From the NCBI GenBank assembly GCA_963729605.1, contig CAVSNY010000006.1, positions 352,001 through 416,000 on the forward strand: a DNA stretch of 64,000 nucleotides, given 5' to 3'. Below the pieces are notes generated by a model. The model was not told the DNA's origin. It did no database searches and saw only the letters and a list, made by a program, of their open reading frames with translations. Numbering within the stretch: the stretch's first letter is position 1; every line of letters starts with the position of its first letter. This document shows positions 49,089-57,534 of this stretch, piece after piece. Both the position numbers and the translations under genes were made by a program. The stretch comes from an uncultured Gammaproteobacteria bacterium (GTDB lineage Bacteria > Pseudomonadota > Gammaproteobacteria > DRLM01).

Positions 49089-50021
49089 TCAAGACAGGTG
49101 TTGCTCGGCGGCCTTGACGCCCGCGCCGTCGGCCGACCGCGGCCAAGCCGGCAATAAACTCGCCAGCCCCGGCCCCAACACCCGCTCGGTTTGCGCCATG
49201 GCCGCCGCCTGCACCTCGGGGCCGCCTTTGCTCAACGGCCAACGCAGCTCGGGCAGCGACGGCTCCAGGGCGATGACCGTCGCGCCGCAACCGGCCGGGC
49301 AGCGATGAACGCTGAAGGGCTCCCCGCTCAAATACCAGGGCCGGCGACGGTACAGCAAAAGATAGAGTATCTCCACCATCGACCACGGACCGTTCACGGC
49401 CCGCTCCAAACCGGCCCGCCCCTCGCGATTCGCCGAGACGTGATGCAGAATCAAGGAATCCAGCCCGTGCTTGCAACAAAGCGACTCGCTGGGGGCCAGT
49501 TCGATGGTCGCGCCGTCGGCGAACAACTCGCCGTCGATCGTCACCGGCCGGTACAACACCGGCATGGCGGCGCTGGCCATGATGCGCGGCGCCAGCACGC
49601 CGCTGGAAAAACACGTCTTGGCGCCGGTGCTCAAATTCATGGCCAAGGCATAAAACGGGATGCGGCATTCTTCGAAGGTCTGCGCCGCGAGATGGCGCCG
49701 CACGAAATCCATCGCCGCCGCGGTATCGGACAAGCCGGTATACCCGCGCCCCTTGTGCACCGCCAACTGCCAGGCCAGGCGCAGCCAGCCGTCGGGGGTC
49801 CAATATTCCGCGGCCCGCACCTGGGCGATCGCCGCCGCCCACTTCGCCAACGGTGTGCCGCTCGCCGCCACCCCACCCACCAGCGCGCCCGCGCTGCAAC
49901 CGGAAACGGCGCTCACGGCGATACCCAATTTCTCCAAGGCCAGTAAAAAGCCGGTGTGGGCGTACACGCCGCGGCCGCCGCCGGCACTCAGCACCACGCC
50001 GACCCGGGGACTTTGGCTCAT
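49089..50021 (-). CDS. Patatin-like phospholipase/esterase
   Basis: VLSAGGGRG oxyanion loop, GCSAG nucleophile, ASAAMP, DGA; start approximate. Confidence 0.85.
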   Translation of the reverse strand: MSQSPRVGVVLSAGGGRGVYAHTGFLLALEKLGIAVSAVSGCSAGALVGGVAASGTPLAKWAAAIAQVRAAEYWTPDGWLRLAWQLAVHKGRGYTGLSDTAAAMDFVRRHLAAQTFEECRIPFYALAMNLSTGAKTCFSSGVLAPRIMASAAMPVLYRPVTIDGELFADGATIELAPSESLCCKHGLDSLILHHVSANREGRAGLERAVNGPWSMVEILYLLLYRRRPWYLSGEPFSVHRCPAGCGATVIALEPSLPELRWPLSKGGPEVQAAAMAQTERVLGPGLASLLPAWPRSADGAGVKAAEQHLS

Positions 50022-50183
50022 TTTGATTCGATCACTCATAGAAACAAACCGGAAACATCGTGATGGCGCGACCGGGCACGCTGCGTCCCGGCCCCTCTGG
50101 TAAATGCGAAGACTAAAAACGCCCAATTCAATTCCGTCGCCGACGGACGGCGCGGCGGCTTTTCATTACATCCCGCGGCCGGC

Positions 50184-50651
50184 TTATTTTCCCAAGGAAC
50201 GCTGCTGCATATCGTACCACGCGGCATACACCGGATCGGGCCAGCGCGATTGAAACCATTCGACCACCGCCGCGATCTCCTGTTCCGATAATTTGTCGCC
50301 CCATGCCGGCATCTTGCCTTGGCCCGGCGGACTGCCGTCACGAATCATGGCGCGCAGCATCGCCGTGGGATGGTGCCATTCATGACCGCTGCCGTTGAGC
50401 GGCGGCGGCGGAAAAAATCCGTCCGCGTCACGCTGCCGCCAATTGGGCGCGCCTTCGCCGTTCGCGCCGTGACAGATCGCGCAGTGCTGCGCGAACACCC
50501 GTTGCCCCAAGGCCAACTGCTGCGGATCATAATCGCGCACCGCGTTGCTGCCGGCCAGGGTCTCCACGCCCGCCGGACCGCGGCCCACATCACACCCGCT
50601 CAACACCAAGCACGCGATTGCTACAAACCGGATCCATGGCCAGTCAATCAT
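50184..50651 (-). CDS. Monoheme class I cytochrome c, probable lipoprotein
   Basis: Lipobox LSGC, CAICH, PPPLNGSGHEWHH, distal GKMPAW. Confidence 0.9.
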   Translation of the reverse strand: MIDWPWIRFVAIACLVLSGCDVGRGPAGVETLAGSNAVRDYDPQQLALGQRVFAQHCAICHGANGEGAPNWRQRDADGFFPPPPLNGSGHEWHHPTAMLRAMIRDGSPPGQGKMPAWGDKLSEQEIAAVVEWFQSRWPDPVYAAWYDMQQRSLGK

Positions 50652-50789
50652 GGCATCTCACCTGTCGCGCACCGCCATAAAAGAAACCAAGAATAAATCT
50701 CCTCGCTAAAAATAATCTCCGCGACGTCGAAAATCCGCGATGGATTTTCTCAAGCCCTGGCTAAAGCATAGCCGTGATTCCCGCCATCG

Positions 50790-51218
50790 CTACCTTTCAA
50801 AGTGATCCGCGTGTTCATCATGTGGAAGGTTCATTTGTCGCACCGACTCGCCGCAGCGCGCCCGGGTCGCACGATCGACCATGATCCGCGGATTGCCGAG
50901 CAGACGCTGACACGACGCTTCAACCGACAGCGTATTCGCCGCTTCATACCGCGCCGGGAATTCGGGCACGGGCAACATTTCCCAGCGCGACTCTTCATGC
51001 GGTTTGGGATTATCCCGGCTCAAATAAGACCACGGTCCATGTACCACCGGCGGCGAGTCATCCTGCTTCGAAGCGGCAGAGTCGATCGCTGCGCTGGGCA
51101 CCGGTTGCGAAGACGCGTCCATGCCGTGATGATGGTGTTGCCCCGCCTCTTCCGCGGTTACGATGGACCCGCCGCTCGACAGGCCGGCGCATAAAATAAT
51201 TACGGCAAACGGTTTCAT
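50790..51218 (-). CDS. Secreted His-rich hypothetical protein
   Basis: Signal peptide, QHHHHGM, a Cys pair, C-terminal PHDEHADH; starts 2 nt after the upstream stop with GGAG RBS. Confidence 0.7.
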   Translation of the reverse strand: MKPFAVIILCAGLSSGGSIVTAEEAGQHHHHGMDASSQPVPSAAIDSAASKQDDSPPVVHGPWSYLSRDNPKPHEESRWEMLPVPEFPARYEAANTLSVEASCQRLLGNPRIMVDRATRARCGESVRQMNLPHDEHADHFER

Positions 51219-51220
51219 GG

Positions 51221-52459
51221 CTATTCTCCAAAACCGGCGGGGCCGGTGCCGCCCATAGTGTGTTCGAAGTCGAGCAGGCCGCCACGCTCGGCCACCGACT
51301 CGTTGAAGGTCATGTCGAAGGCGAATACCAGTCCGACCTGCACGCGATGCTCCGAGTCATAACCCAGTGCGGCGGCCAAGGTGTCGTCGTTGCGGCGATA
51401 AAAATATTGCGCCGCGACATCCACGCCGCTGCCGAGGCGATAGACATAACTCGCGCCGGCCAGCAGCGCGCCGGCGTGATTGAAATCGCCGTAGTCCTGC
51501 CAGGCCGCCAGCAAGGCGGTTCGCCAGCGGGTTTGCAGATGGGGACGGTGGGCATAACGCAAGGCCGCCGCGACGCTGGTGAGCGCGGCGCGCGCTCGTG
51601 CCGCGGGGTTGTCGAGCGCGGCGACGTCTTCACCTGAACGCACGATGGCCTGCGCATCGGCCACCCATTCGCCTTCGGGATCGTCATTGAGATGGTAAGA
51701 CAGCGCCGCCAGCAGCGAGGTCACCGCGACGTTGTCCAACCCAGCAACGGCACGGGCGTTTTGCTGATCGACGCGCAGCGCGGCGTAACGCAGCCCCCGT
51801 TCCACTTTAAATGCCACCGGCAATTCATAAGCGACCCCGATGGACGCGCCGTTGAAATCCTGCGCGCCCACCGCGCCGCCCGCATCGCGTTCGGCGCGCC
51901 CGGTGACGGCCGCATCGAACCTCCAGGCCGGGCGCCACCACCACGCCGCCTGTATGAGGTTGCCGAATACTTGATCTTCTTCCGCCAGCGAGACCGAAGA
52001 GGCATTGGCGACCACGGTAAAATCCAACAAGTCGTCTTCGCGCAGCACCGGAAAATGCAAGAGCGTGTTGGGCAGCCGATGACGGCCCATGACCAAATCA
52101 TAACGCGGCCCGCCGATACCGACGTAAGCCTGCGACACGAACATACCTTCGCTGATTTCCCGCTGCTCTTCCACAATTCGCAAACCCAATCCGGCGTACC
52201 CATACTGCCCGGGCTTGAACAGATATTTGCTGAAGCCGAGCAGCAGGCTGCTGTCGCCGATATCGAGTTCGGTGTCTTGTTCATCACCGCCGTCGGTTGC
52301 GTCCCGCGCATTGGTATTCAACGTGACGACGGCCCGCCCGCCGATAGTGAATTCGGGAAACACCTCCGGATCGAGCTCCAGGGCGAACGCACTCTGATTC
52401 ACCAGCAGACCCAGCGCCAGGGCGCCGCCGATTTTTAAACGGGTTTTCATCTTCCGCAT
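51221..52459 (-). CDS. Putative outer-membrane beta-barrel (porin-like) protein
   Basis: Signal peptide ending SAFA, FTIGGRAVV first strand, many amphipathic aromatic-capped strands, RVQVGLVFAF near the C-terminus. Confidence 0.65.
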   Translation of the reverse strand: MRKMKTRLKIGGALALGLLVNQSAFALELDPEVFPEFTIGGRAVVTLNTNARDATDGGDEQDTELDIGDSSLLLGFSKYLFKPGQYGYAGLGLRIVEEQREISEGMFVSQAYVGIGGPRYDLVMGRHRLPNTLLHFPVLREDDLLDFTVVANASSVSLAEEDQVFGNLIQAAWWWRPAWRFDAAVTGRAERDAGGAVGAQDFNGASIGVAYELPVAFKVERGLRYAALRVDQQNARAVAGLDNVAVTSLLAALSYHLNDDPEGEWVADAQAIVRSGEDVAALDNPAARARAALTSVAAALRYAHRPHLQTRWRTALLAAWQDYGDFNHAGALLAGASYVYRLGSGVDVAAQYFYRRNDDTLAAALGYDSEHRVQVGLVFAFDMTFNESVAERGGLLDFEHTMGGTGPAGFGE

Positions 52460-52469
52460 GACCCGCCCC

Positions 52470-53771
52470 TTATTGATTGATCGAAATGGAAGGGACATAC
52501 GGCACGTCGCCCATATCCTCGTATTCGAGCATGGTGATCATGCCGCCCGGATACACGCCGTTATTGCGGCTCTGCGATTCCTTGTGATCGTGAAAATCCC
52601 AGAAGCCGGGGTTGTCGCCGAACACCACGATGTCCACGGTCTTGCCCGGCGTTACCGGCACGGTGTTGAGGCGCAGCGGCTGCGGCAGCGGATTGCCGTC
52701 TTCGGCGACTTTCCAGAATTGATGGCCGTGCAAATGCATGTGATGGTCGAACACGCCGCCGTTGATCAGCCGGATGCGGATGTATTCGCCCGAGCGGATC
52801 TTGATATGGCCATGCTCCATGGTGGCGGGAAACGATTTGCCGTTGATCGCGAAAAAATTGGGACGCACCTCGGCGGCGGCGGGGTTGGCCATGCCCTGCA
52901 AATAAGGCGGCCGCCAGCCCGCGTCGATCGCCTTTAAAAACTCTTGATAGTTTCTGAAGAAGCCATGGGTGAGATGCGAAGGCCGCCGACGTGTCATCAA
53001 TTGATTGACCCGTTTCATGCCGCCCAATAAATCGTTGATGCCTTGCCGGGTCATGTTGACGTCGAAGGCCTCCAGCATCAACACGTAATCGCGGGTGTAG
53101 GGAAAGGCCCGGCGGATCGGATCGTCGGGACTGTCGATGATGAAGGCGCCGTGCAGCGCCGACATCATGTGCAGCGGCGTGCCCCAATGGCAGTGATAAA
53201 AACGCGTGCCGGCCGGGCGGGCCTGAAAACGATACGTGAACACTTCCTCGGGATGCACCGGGTCTTGGCTGGACATCGGCACGCCGTCCATGGTGTAGAT
53301 CAAATCCACGCCGTGCCAATGAATGGTGTGCATCTCCTCCGTCTTGTTGGTGATGTTGACCTTGATCCAATCGTTTTCCTGCACCCGGAACACCGGCCCC
53401 GGCACCTGACCGTTGAAGGCGAACACCGGAAAACGCACGCCGGGCAACACTTCGTGCTCGACCAATTCGAAGGTCATGTCGAATTCCCGATAGGCCACCG
53501 CGTCGTCGGCGGGCGCGCCGGGCGGCGCGCTGCGGGCGCCGATCATATTGTGGCCGGACTGAAACATCATCGAGCCGTGGCCGCCCACATATTCATGCGC
53601 CGCCGGGGTTGCCGCGGGTTCCGCGCCGCTCGCCCGCGCCGCGAGACCGGCGGCGATCACACCGCCGCCCAACGCCGCGGCGCCGCGCAGAAAATCCCGC
53701 CGCGTACAGGCCGGGGCATCGTCCGGCGCCGCGGCGGACGGGGATGCCGCCGAATAAACCTCGTTCATCAT
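52470..53771 (-). CDS. Tat-exported two-domain multicopper oxidase
   Basis: TRRDFLRG Tat motif; FNGQVPGP, HTIHWHG, YHCH..H, HHMHLHGH, FHDH; GGAG RBS at 53780-53777. Confidence 0.88.
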   Translation of the reverse strand: MMNEVYSAASPSAAAPDDAPACTRRDFLRGAAALGGGVIAAGLAARASGAEPAATPAAHEYVGGHGSMMFQSGHNMIGARSAPPGAPADDAVAYREFDMTFELVEHEVLPGVRFPVFAFNGQVPGPVFRVQENDWIKVNITNKTEEMHTIHWHGVDLIYTMDGVPMSSQDPVHPEEVFTYRFQARPAGTRFYHCHWGTPLHMMSALHGAFIIDSPDDPIRRAFPYTRDYVLMLEAFDVNMTRQGINDLLGGMKRVNQLMTRRRPSHLTHGFFRNYQEFLKAIDAGWRPPYLQGMANPAAAEVRPNFFAINGKSFPATMEHGHIKIRSGEYIRIRLINGGVFDHHMHLHGHQFWKVAEDGNPLPQPLRLNTVPVTPGKTVDIVVFGDNPGFWDFHDHKESQSRNNGVYPGGMITMLEYEDMGDVPYVPSISINQ

Positions 53772-53800
53772 CGTTTCTCCAAATCGGATCATGGATTCTT

Positions 53801-53839
53801 TACGGCGGCGCATGTTTTCGCATACGAAGCGCCGCCGTA
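53801..53839 (-). promoter_or_regulatory. Stem-loop between leader ORF and multicopper oxidase
   Basis: Perfect 11-bp stem TACGGCGGCGC / GCGCCGCCGTA with inner TTCG/CGAA pairing; no U-tract on the coding strand. Confidence 0.55.
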
Positions 53840-53894
53840 TCACGCCGGACGGCGCGCGCAGCGCGCAGTGCCGGCTTCGATCAAACAGTCGGGC

Positions 53895-54251
53895 TTAAAG
53901 AGACGTGATGGGAGGGCGAGTATGGACGGGGCTGTCCGCCGCGACCGGCAAGACATGCCAAATCGGGACATAGACCGGATGATGTTTGGCGAGGGGTGGC
54001 AATAATGTGGAGGGAATGGCGAGGCAACAATGGCCGCCGGCGGCGCAATCGCCGTCGTGAGACGACAGCGTATGTTCGTCCGCCGCAACCGTTACCTGCT
54101 CATGATGATGCGCCGCGGCATGTTCACCGTCCGGCGCGGCGCTCACCGCGGTGGACGCCGGCTGAACAAAGGCGCCGACCGCCGCCACCGCATGCAAGGA
54201 CAGGTTGGCGAGGGTAATCAGGAGGATCATGCTGACGATCTTGCGCAACAT
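53895..54251 (-). CDS. Small secreted His/Cys-rich protein with C-terminal RPP motif (CutF/CruR/CopL-like leader)
   Basis: 118 aa: MLRKIVSMILLITLANLSLHAVAA signal, HAAAHHHE, DCAAGGHCC, Pro-rich tail ending HTRPPITSL. Confidence 0.7.
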   Translation of the reverse strand: MLRKIVSMILLITLANLSLHAVAAVGAFVQPASTAVSAAPDGEHAAAHHHEQVTVAADEHTLSSHDGDCAAGGHCCLAIPSTLLPPLAKHHPVYVPIWHVLPVAADSPVHTRPPITSL

Positions 54252-54355
54252 GCGGCGGCCTTGACGAGAAGTCCGGTTATTAACTACCGGCGGGCGTGTT
54301 TCTGTCAAGCCGACGAGCGGCGGTGGTGGGCAACACCGCTTTGCATAAGTCGGCA

Positions 54356-55267
54356 TCAACGGCCCATGCGCACGGTCTGCGCGCCTTCGGTCAACACGAA
54401 CTCCTTGAAGATCTGCGCCACCGGCGAAAGCCGTTTGCCGTGCCGATTTACCACATACCAATGGCGCAAAATGGGAAACGCCTCCACGTCCAGCACCACC
54501 AGCCGCTGCAATTCCAGCTCCAGGGCCAGGGTGTGAATCGACACGATGCCCAAACCCAAGCCCGCCTCCACGGCCTGCTTGATGGCCTCGTTGCTGTTCA
54601 TCTCCATGCCGGTGGACAGCTCCACCCCCTTGTCGGTGAAGAACCGCTCCATGGCGGTACGGGTCCCCGAGCCGCGCTCGCGCATCACGAAGGTCTCTTG
54701 CTGCAAACGTTTCAGGGAGACTTGTTTCTCGCCGACCAAGCCATGCCCGGGCGCGGCGATGATCACCAGCGGGTTTTCCATGAACGGTTCCGCCACCAGT
54801 TCCAACCCCTGGCTGGGCGGCCGCCCCATGATCACCAGGTCGGCGTCGTTGCTGTCCAGATGCCGCAGCAGGCCCTCGCGGTTGGTCACGTCGAGACTGA
54901 TGGTGATGTGTTTGTAACGCTGGCTGAAGGTGGCCAGCAGTCGGGTCGCGAAATAATTGGCGGTACTCGCCACCCCGATCACCAGCCGGCCCCGTCGCAC
55001 GCCCTTGAGTTCTTCCATCACCCGCTGGGCCTCGTTCAATTCCTGGGCGATGGTCCGGCTGTAGTGGTGCATCTCCCGGCCGGCCTCGGTGAGATATACC
55101 TTTTTCCCGATCTGTTCAAACAGCGCCAGCCCCGCCTGTTCTTCCAAGAGCTTGATCTGCATGGAGACGGCTGGCTGGGTGAGGTGTAATTCCTCGGCGG
55201 CGCGGGTATAGCTGCCATGGCGGGCCACGGCCTCAAAAACCTTCAATTGGCGAAAGGTGACATTCAT
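54356..55267 (-). CDS. cbbR: LysR-type regulator CbbR
   Basis: TFRQLKVF..SYTRAAEELHLTQPAVSMQIK, RERGSGTR, SNEAIKQAV; divergent from cbbL. Confidence 0.95.
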   Translation of the reverse strand: MNVTFRQLKVFEAVARHGSYTRAAEELHLTQPAVSMQIKLLEEQAGLALFEQIGKKVYLTEAGREMHHYSRTIAQELNEAQRVMEELKGVRRGRLVIGVASTANYFATRLLATFSQRYKHITISLDVTNREGLLRHLDSNDADLVIMGRPPSQGLELVAEPFMENPLVIIAAPGHGLVGEKQVSLKRLQQETFVMRERGSGTRTAMERFFTDKGVELSTGMEMNSNEAIKQAVEAGLGLGIVSIHTLALELELQRLVVLDVEAFPILRHWYVVNRHGKRLSPVAQIFKEFVLTEGAQTVRMGR

Positions 55268-55289
55268 CGCGATTCGATTCCGTATAACT

Positions 55290-55357
55290 CATAAGTAAAA
55301 ACTTATGTCATACATCATATTTATTTAATTTACATTATGCAATCCAGGACCTATACT
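55290..55357 (+). promoter_or_regulatory. CbbR-binding region and cbbL sigma70 promoter
   Basis: Palindrome CATAAGT-AAAA-ACTTATG (55290-55307) in an AT-rich tract; TTTACA (55329), 17-nt spacer, TATACT (55352). Confidence 0.75.
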
Positions 55358-55475
55358 TTTCCGCCATAGCGCTCAGCAGCGATCAGCGCTCCTGTATGCG
55401 GTCCCCATCGCCGGCATTCGGTGAGGACTGGAAAAACCGACTCACTTTTTATTAATGGCGAGGAGATTCAACATC

Positions 55476-56897
55476 ATGGCCGTAAAGACTTACAAAGCAG
55501 GCGTAAAAGAATATCGCGAAACCTATTGGATGCCCGATTACACCCCCCTCGACACCGACATCCTGGCCTGTTTCAAGATCACCCCGCAGCCGGGCGTGCC
55601 CCGTGAAGAGGCCGCCGCCGCGGTCGCCGCCGAATCCTCCACCGGCACCTGGACCACGGTGTGGACCGACTTGCTGACCGACATGGACTATTACAAAGGC
55701 CGCGCCTACCGCATCGAAGACGTGCCCGGCGACGACAGCTGCTACTACGCCTTCGTGGCCTACCCCATCGACCTGTTCGAAGAAGGCTCGGTGGTCAACG
55801 TCTTCACCTCGCTGGTCGGCAACGTATTCGGCTTCAAGGCCATCCGCGCCCTGCGTCTCGAAGATGTGCGTTTTCCCATCGCCTACGTGAAGACCTGCGG
55901 CGGCCCGCCCCACGGTATCCAGGTCGAACGCGACGTCATGAACAAATATGGCCGTCCGCTGCTGGGCTGCACCATCAAGCCCAAGCTCGGCCTGTCCGCG
56001 AAGAACTATGGCCGCGCCGTGTACGAATGTCTGCGCGGCGGTCTCGACTTCACCAAGGACGACGAGAACATCAACAGCCAGCCCTTCATGCGCTGGCGTC
56101 AGCGCTTCGACTTCGTGATGGACGCCATCAACAAGGCCGAAGCCGAAACCGGCGAACGTAAAGGCCACTATCTCAACGTGACCGCGCCGACCCCGGAAGA
56201 GATGTACAAGCGCGCCGAATACGCCAAAGAAATCGGCGCCCCGATCATCATGCACGACTACATCACCGGCGGCTTCACCGCCAACACGGGTCTCGCCAAC
56301 TGGTGCCGCGACAACGGCATGTTGCTGCACATCCACCGCGCCATGCACGCGGTGCTCGACCGCAACCCGCACCACGGTATCCACTTCCGCGTGTTGGCCA
56401 AGATCCTGCGCCTGTCCGGCGGCGACCATCTGCACTCCGGCACCGTGGTCGGCAAGCTCGAAGGCGATCGCGAGGCGACCCTCGGCTGGATCGACATCAT
56501 GCGCGACAAGTTCATCCAGGAAGACCGTTCGCGCGGCATCTTCTTCGATCAGGACTGGGGTTCCATGCCCGGCGTATTCCCGGTCGCCTCCGGCGGTATC
56601 CACGTGTGGCACATGCCCGCGCTGACCGCGATCTTCGGTGACGACTCCGTGCTGCAATTCGGCGGCGGCACCCTGGGCCATCCCTGGGGCAACGCGGCCG
56701 GCGCCGCGGCCAACCGCGTCGCGCTGGAAGCCTGCGTCGAAGCGCGCAACGAAGGCCGGCAGATCGAGAAGGAAGGCAAGGACATCCTCACCAACGCCGC
56801 CAAAAACAGCCCGGAACTCAAGATCGCCATGGAAACCTGGAAAGAGATCAAGTTCGAATTCGACACCGTGGACAAACTGGACGTGGCCCACAAATAA
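55476..56897 (+). CDS. cbbL: RuBisCO large subunit, form IA (IAq)
   Basis: [44 protein letters not shown]; C-terminus DKLDVAHK; AGGAG RBS. Confidence 0.99.
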   Translation: MAVKTYKAGVKEYRETYWMPDYTPLDTDILACFKITPQPGVPREEAAAAVAAESSTGTWTTVWTDLLTDMDYYKGRAYRIEDVPGDDSCYYAFVAYPIDLFEEGSVVNVFTSLVGNVFGFKAIRALRLEDVRFPIAYVKTCGGPPHGIQVERDVMNKYGRPLLGCTIKPKLGLSAKNYGRAVYECLRGGLDFTKDDENINSQPFMRWRQRFDFVMDAINKAEAETGERKGHYLNVTAPTPEEMYKRAEYAKEIGAPIIMHDYITGGFTANTGLANWCRDNGMLLHIHRAMHAVLDRNPHHGIHFRVLAKILRLSGGDHLHSGTVVGKLEGDREATLGWIDIMRDKFIQEDRSRGIFFDQDWGSMPGVFPVASGGIHVWHMPALTAIFGDDSVLQFGGGTLGHPWGNAAGAAANRVALEACVEARNEGRQIEKEGKDILTNAAKNSPELKIAMETWKEIKFEFDTVDKLDVAHK

Positions 56898-56933
56898 GGT
56901 GCATGCAAATCCGCACGGGTTTGCATGCACACC
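56898..56933. other. Hairpin immediately after the cbbL stop
   Basis: GTGCATGCAAA...TTTGCATGCAC inverted repeat. Confidence 0.6.
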
Positions 56934-56934
56934 T

Positions 56935-56972
56935 CCCCCTCTCCCGCGTGCGGGCGAGGGCCGGGGTGAGGG
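56935..56972. repeat. REP-like element (CCCTCTCCCG...GGGGTGAGGG type)
   Basis: CCCCCTCTCCCGCGTGCGGGCGAGGGCCGGGGTGAGGG; a degenerate second copy lies at 24428-24459. Confidence 0.6.
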
Positions 56973-57028
56973 CCTCTCCGAATACCACTGACCGAATCGA
57001 ACCGAACTTTAACTTTGGAGTTTAAGCA

Positions 57029-57385
57029 ATGAACCAAATGCAAGATTACAAATCGAGCCTGACCGACGTCACCAGCCGCAAGTTCGAGACCTTCTCCTAT
57101 CTGCCGGAAATGAGCAAAGAGCAGATCCGCAAACAGGTGCAATACATCGTCAGCAAGGGCTGGAACCCGGCCATCGAGCACACCGAGCCGGAAAACGCCT
57201 TCGACCACTATTGGTACATGTGGAAGCTGCCGCTGTTCGGCGAAACCAACATCGACACCATCCTGGCCGAGGCCGAGTCTTGCCACAAGGCGCACCCCAA
57301 CAATCACGTGCGCTTGGTGGGCTACGACAACTACGCCCAGTCCAAAGGTGCCGAGATGGTGGTGTTCCGCGGCAAACCCGTGTAA
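57029..57385 (+). CDS. cbbS: RuBisCO small subunit
   Basis: [37 protein letters not shown]. Confidence 0.98.
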   Translation: MNQMQDYKSSLTDVTSRKFETFSYLPEMSKEQIRKQVQYIVSKGWNPAIEHTEPENAFDHYWYMWKLPLFGETNIDTILAEAESCHKAHPNNHVRLVGYDNYAQSKGAEMVVFRGKPV

Positions 57386-57412
57386 TTCCTGGCCAGGCTG
57401 AGCTTGGAAATG

Positions 57413-57448
57413 AAGCCCCTGGCCGCGCAAGCGGACAGGGGCTTTTTT
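57413..57448 (+). terminator. Intrinsic terminator after cbbS
   Basis: AAGCCCCTG-GCCGC-GCAA-GCGGA-CAGGGGCTTTTTT. Confidence 0.8.
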
Positions 57449-57534
57449 CTACCCTAACCGATACGAACCTTAAGCAGAGGATACCGCGCCGGATCCTGCG
57501 CCTAATGTTTGCCGAATTTTTAAGGAGAGCCGTC

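Noticed and set aside
52470-53771. Copper nitrite reductase (nirK) assignment
   Set aside because: HxH pairs in all four motifs indicate a trinuclear oxidase site; NirK-type HNIDFH and SSFHVIG motifs are absent
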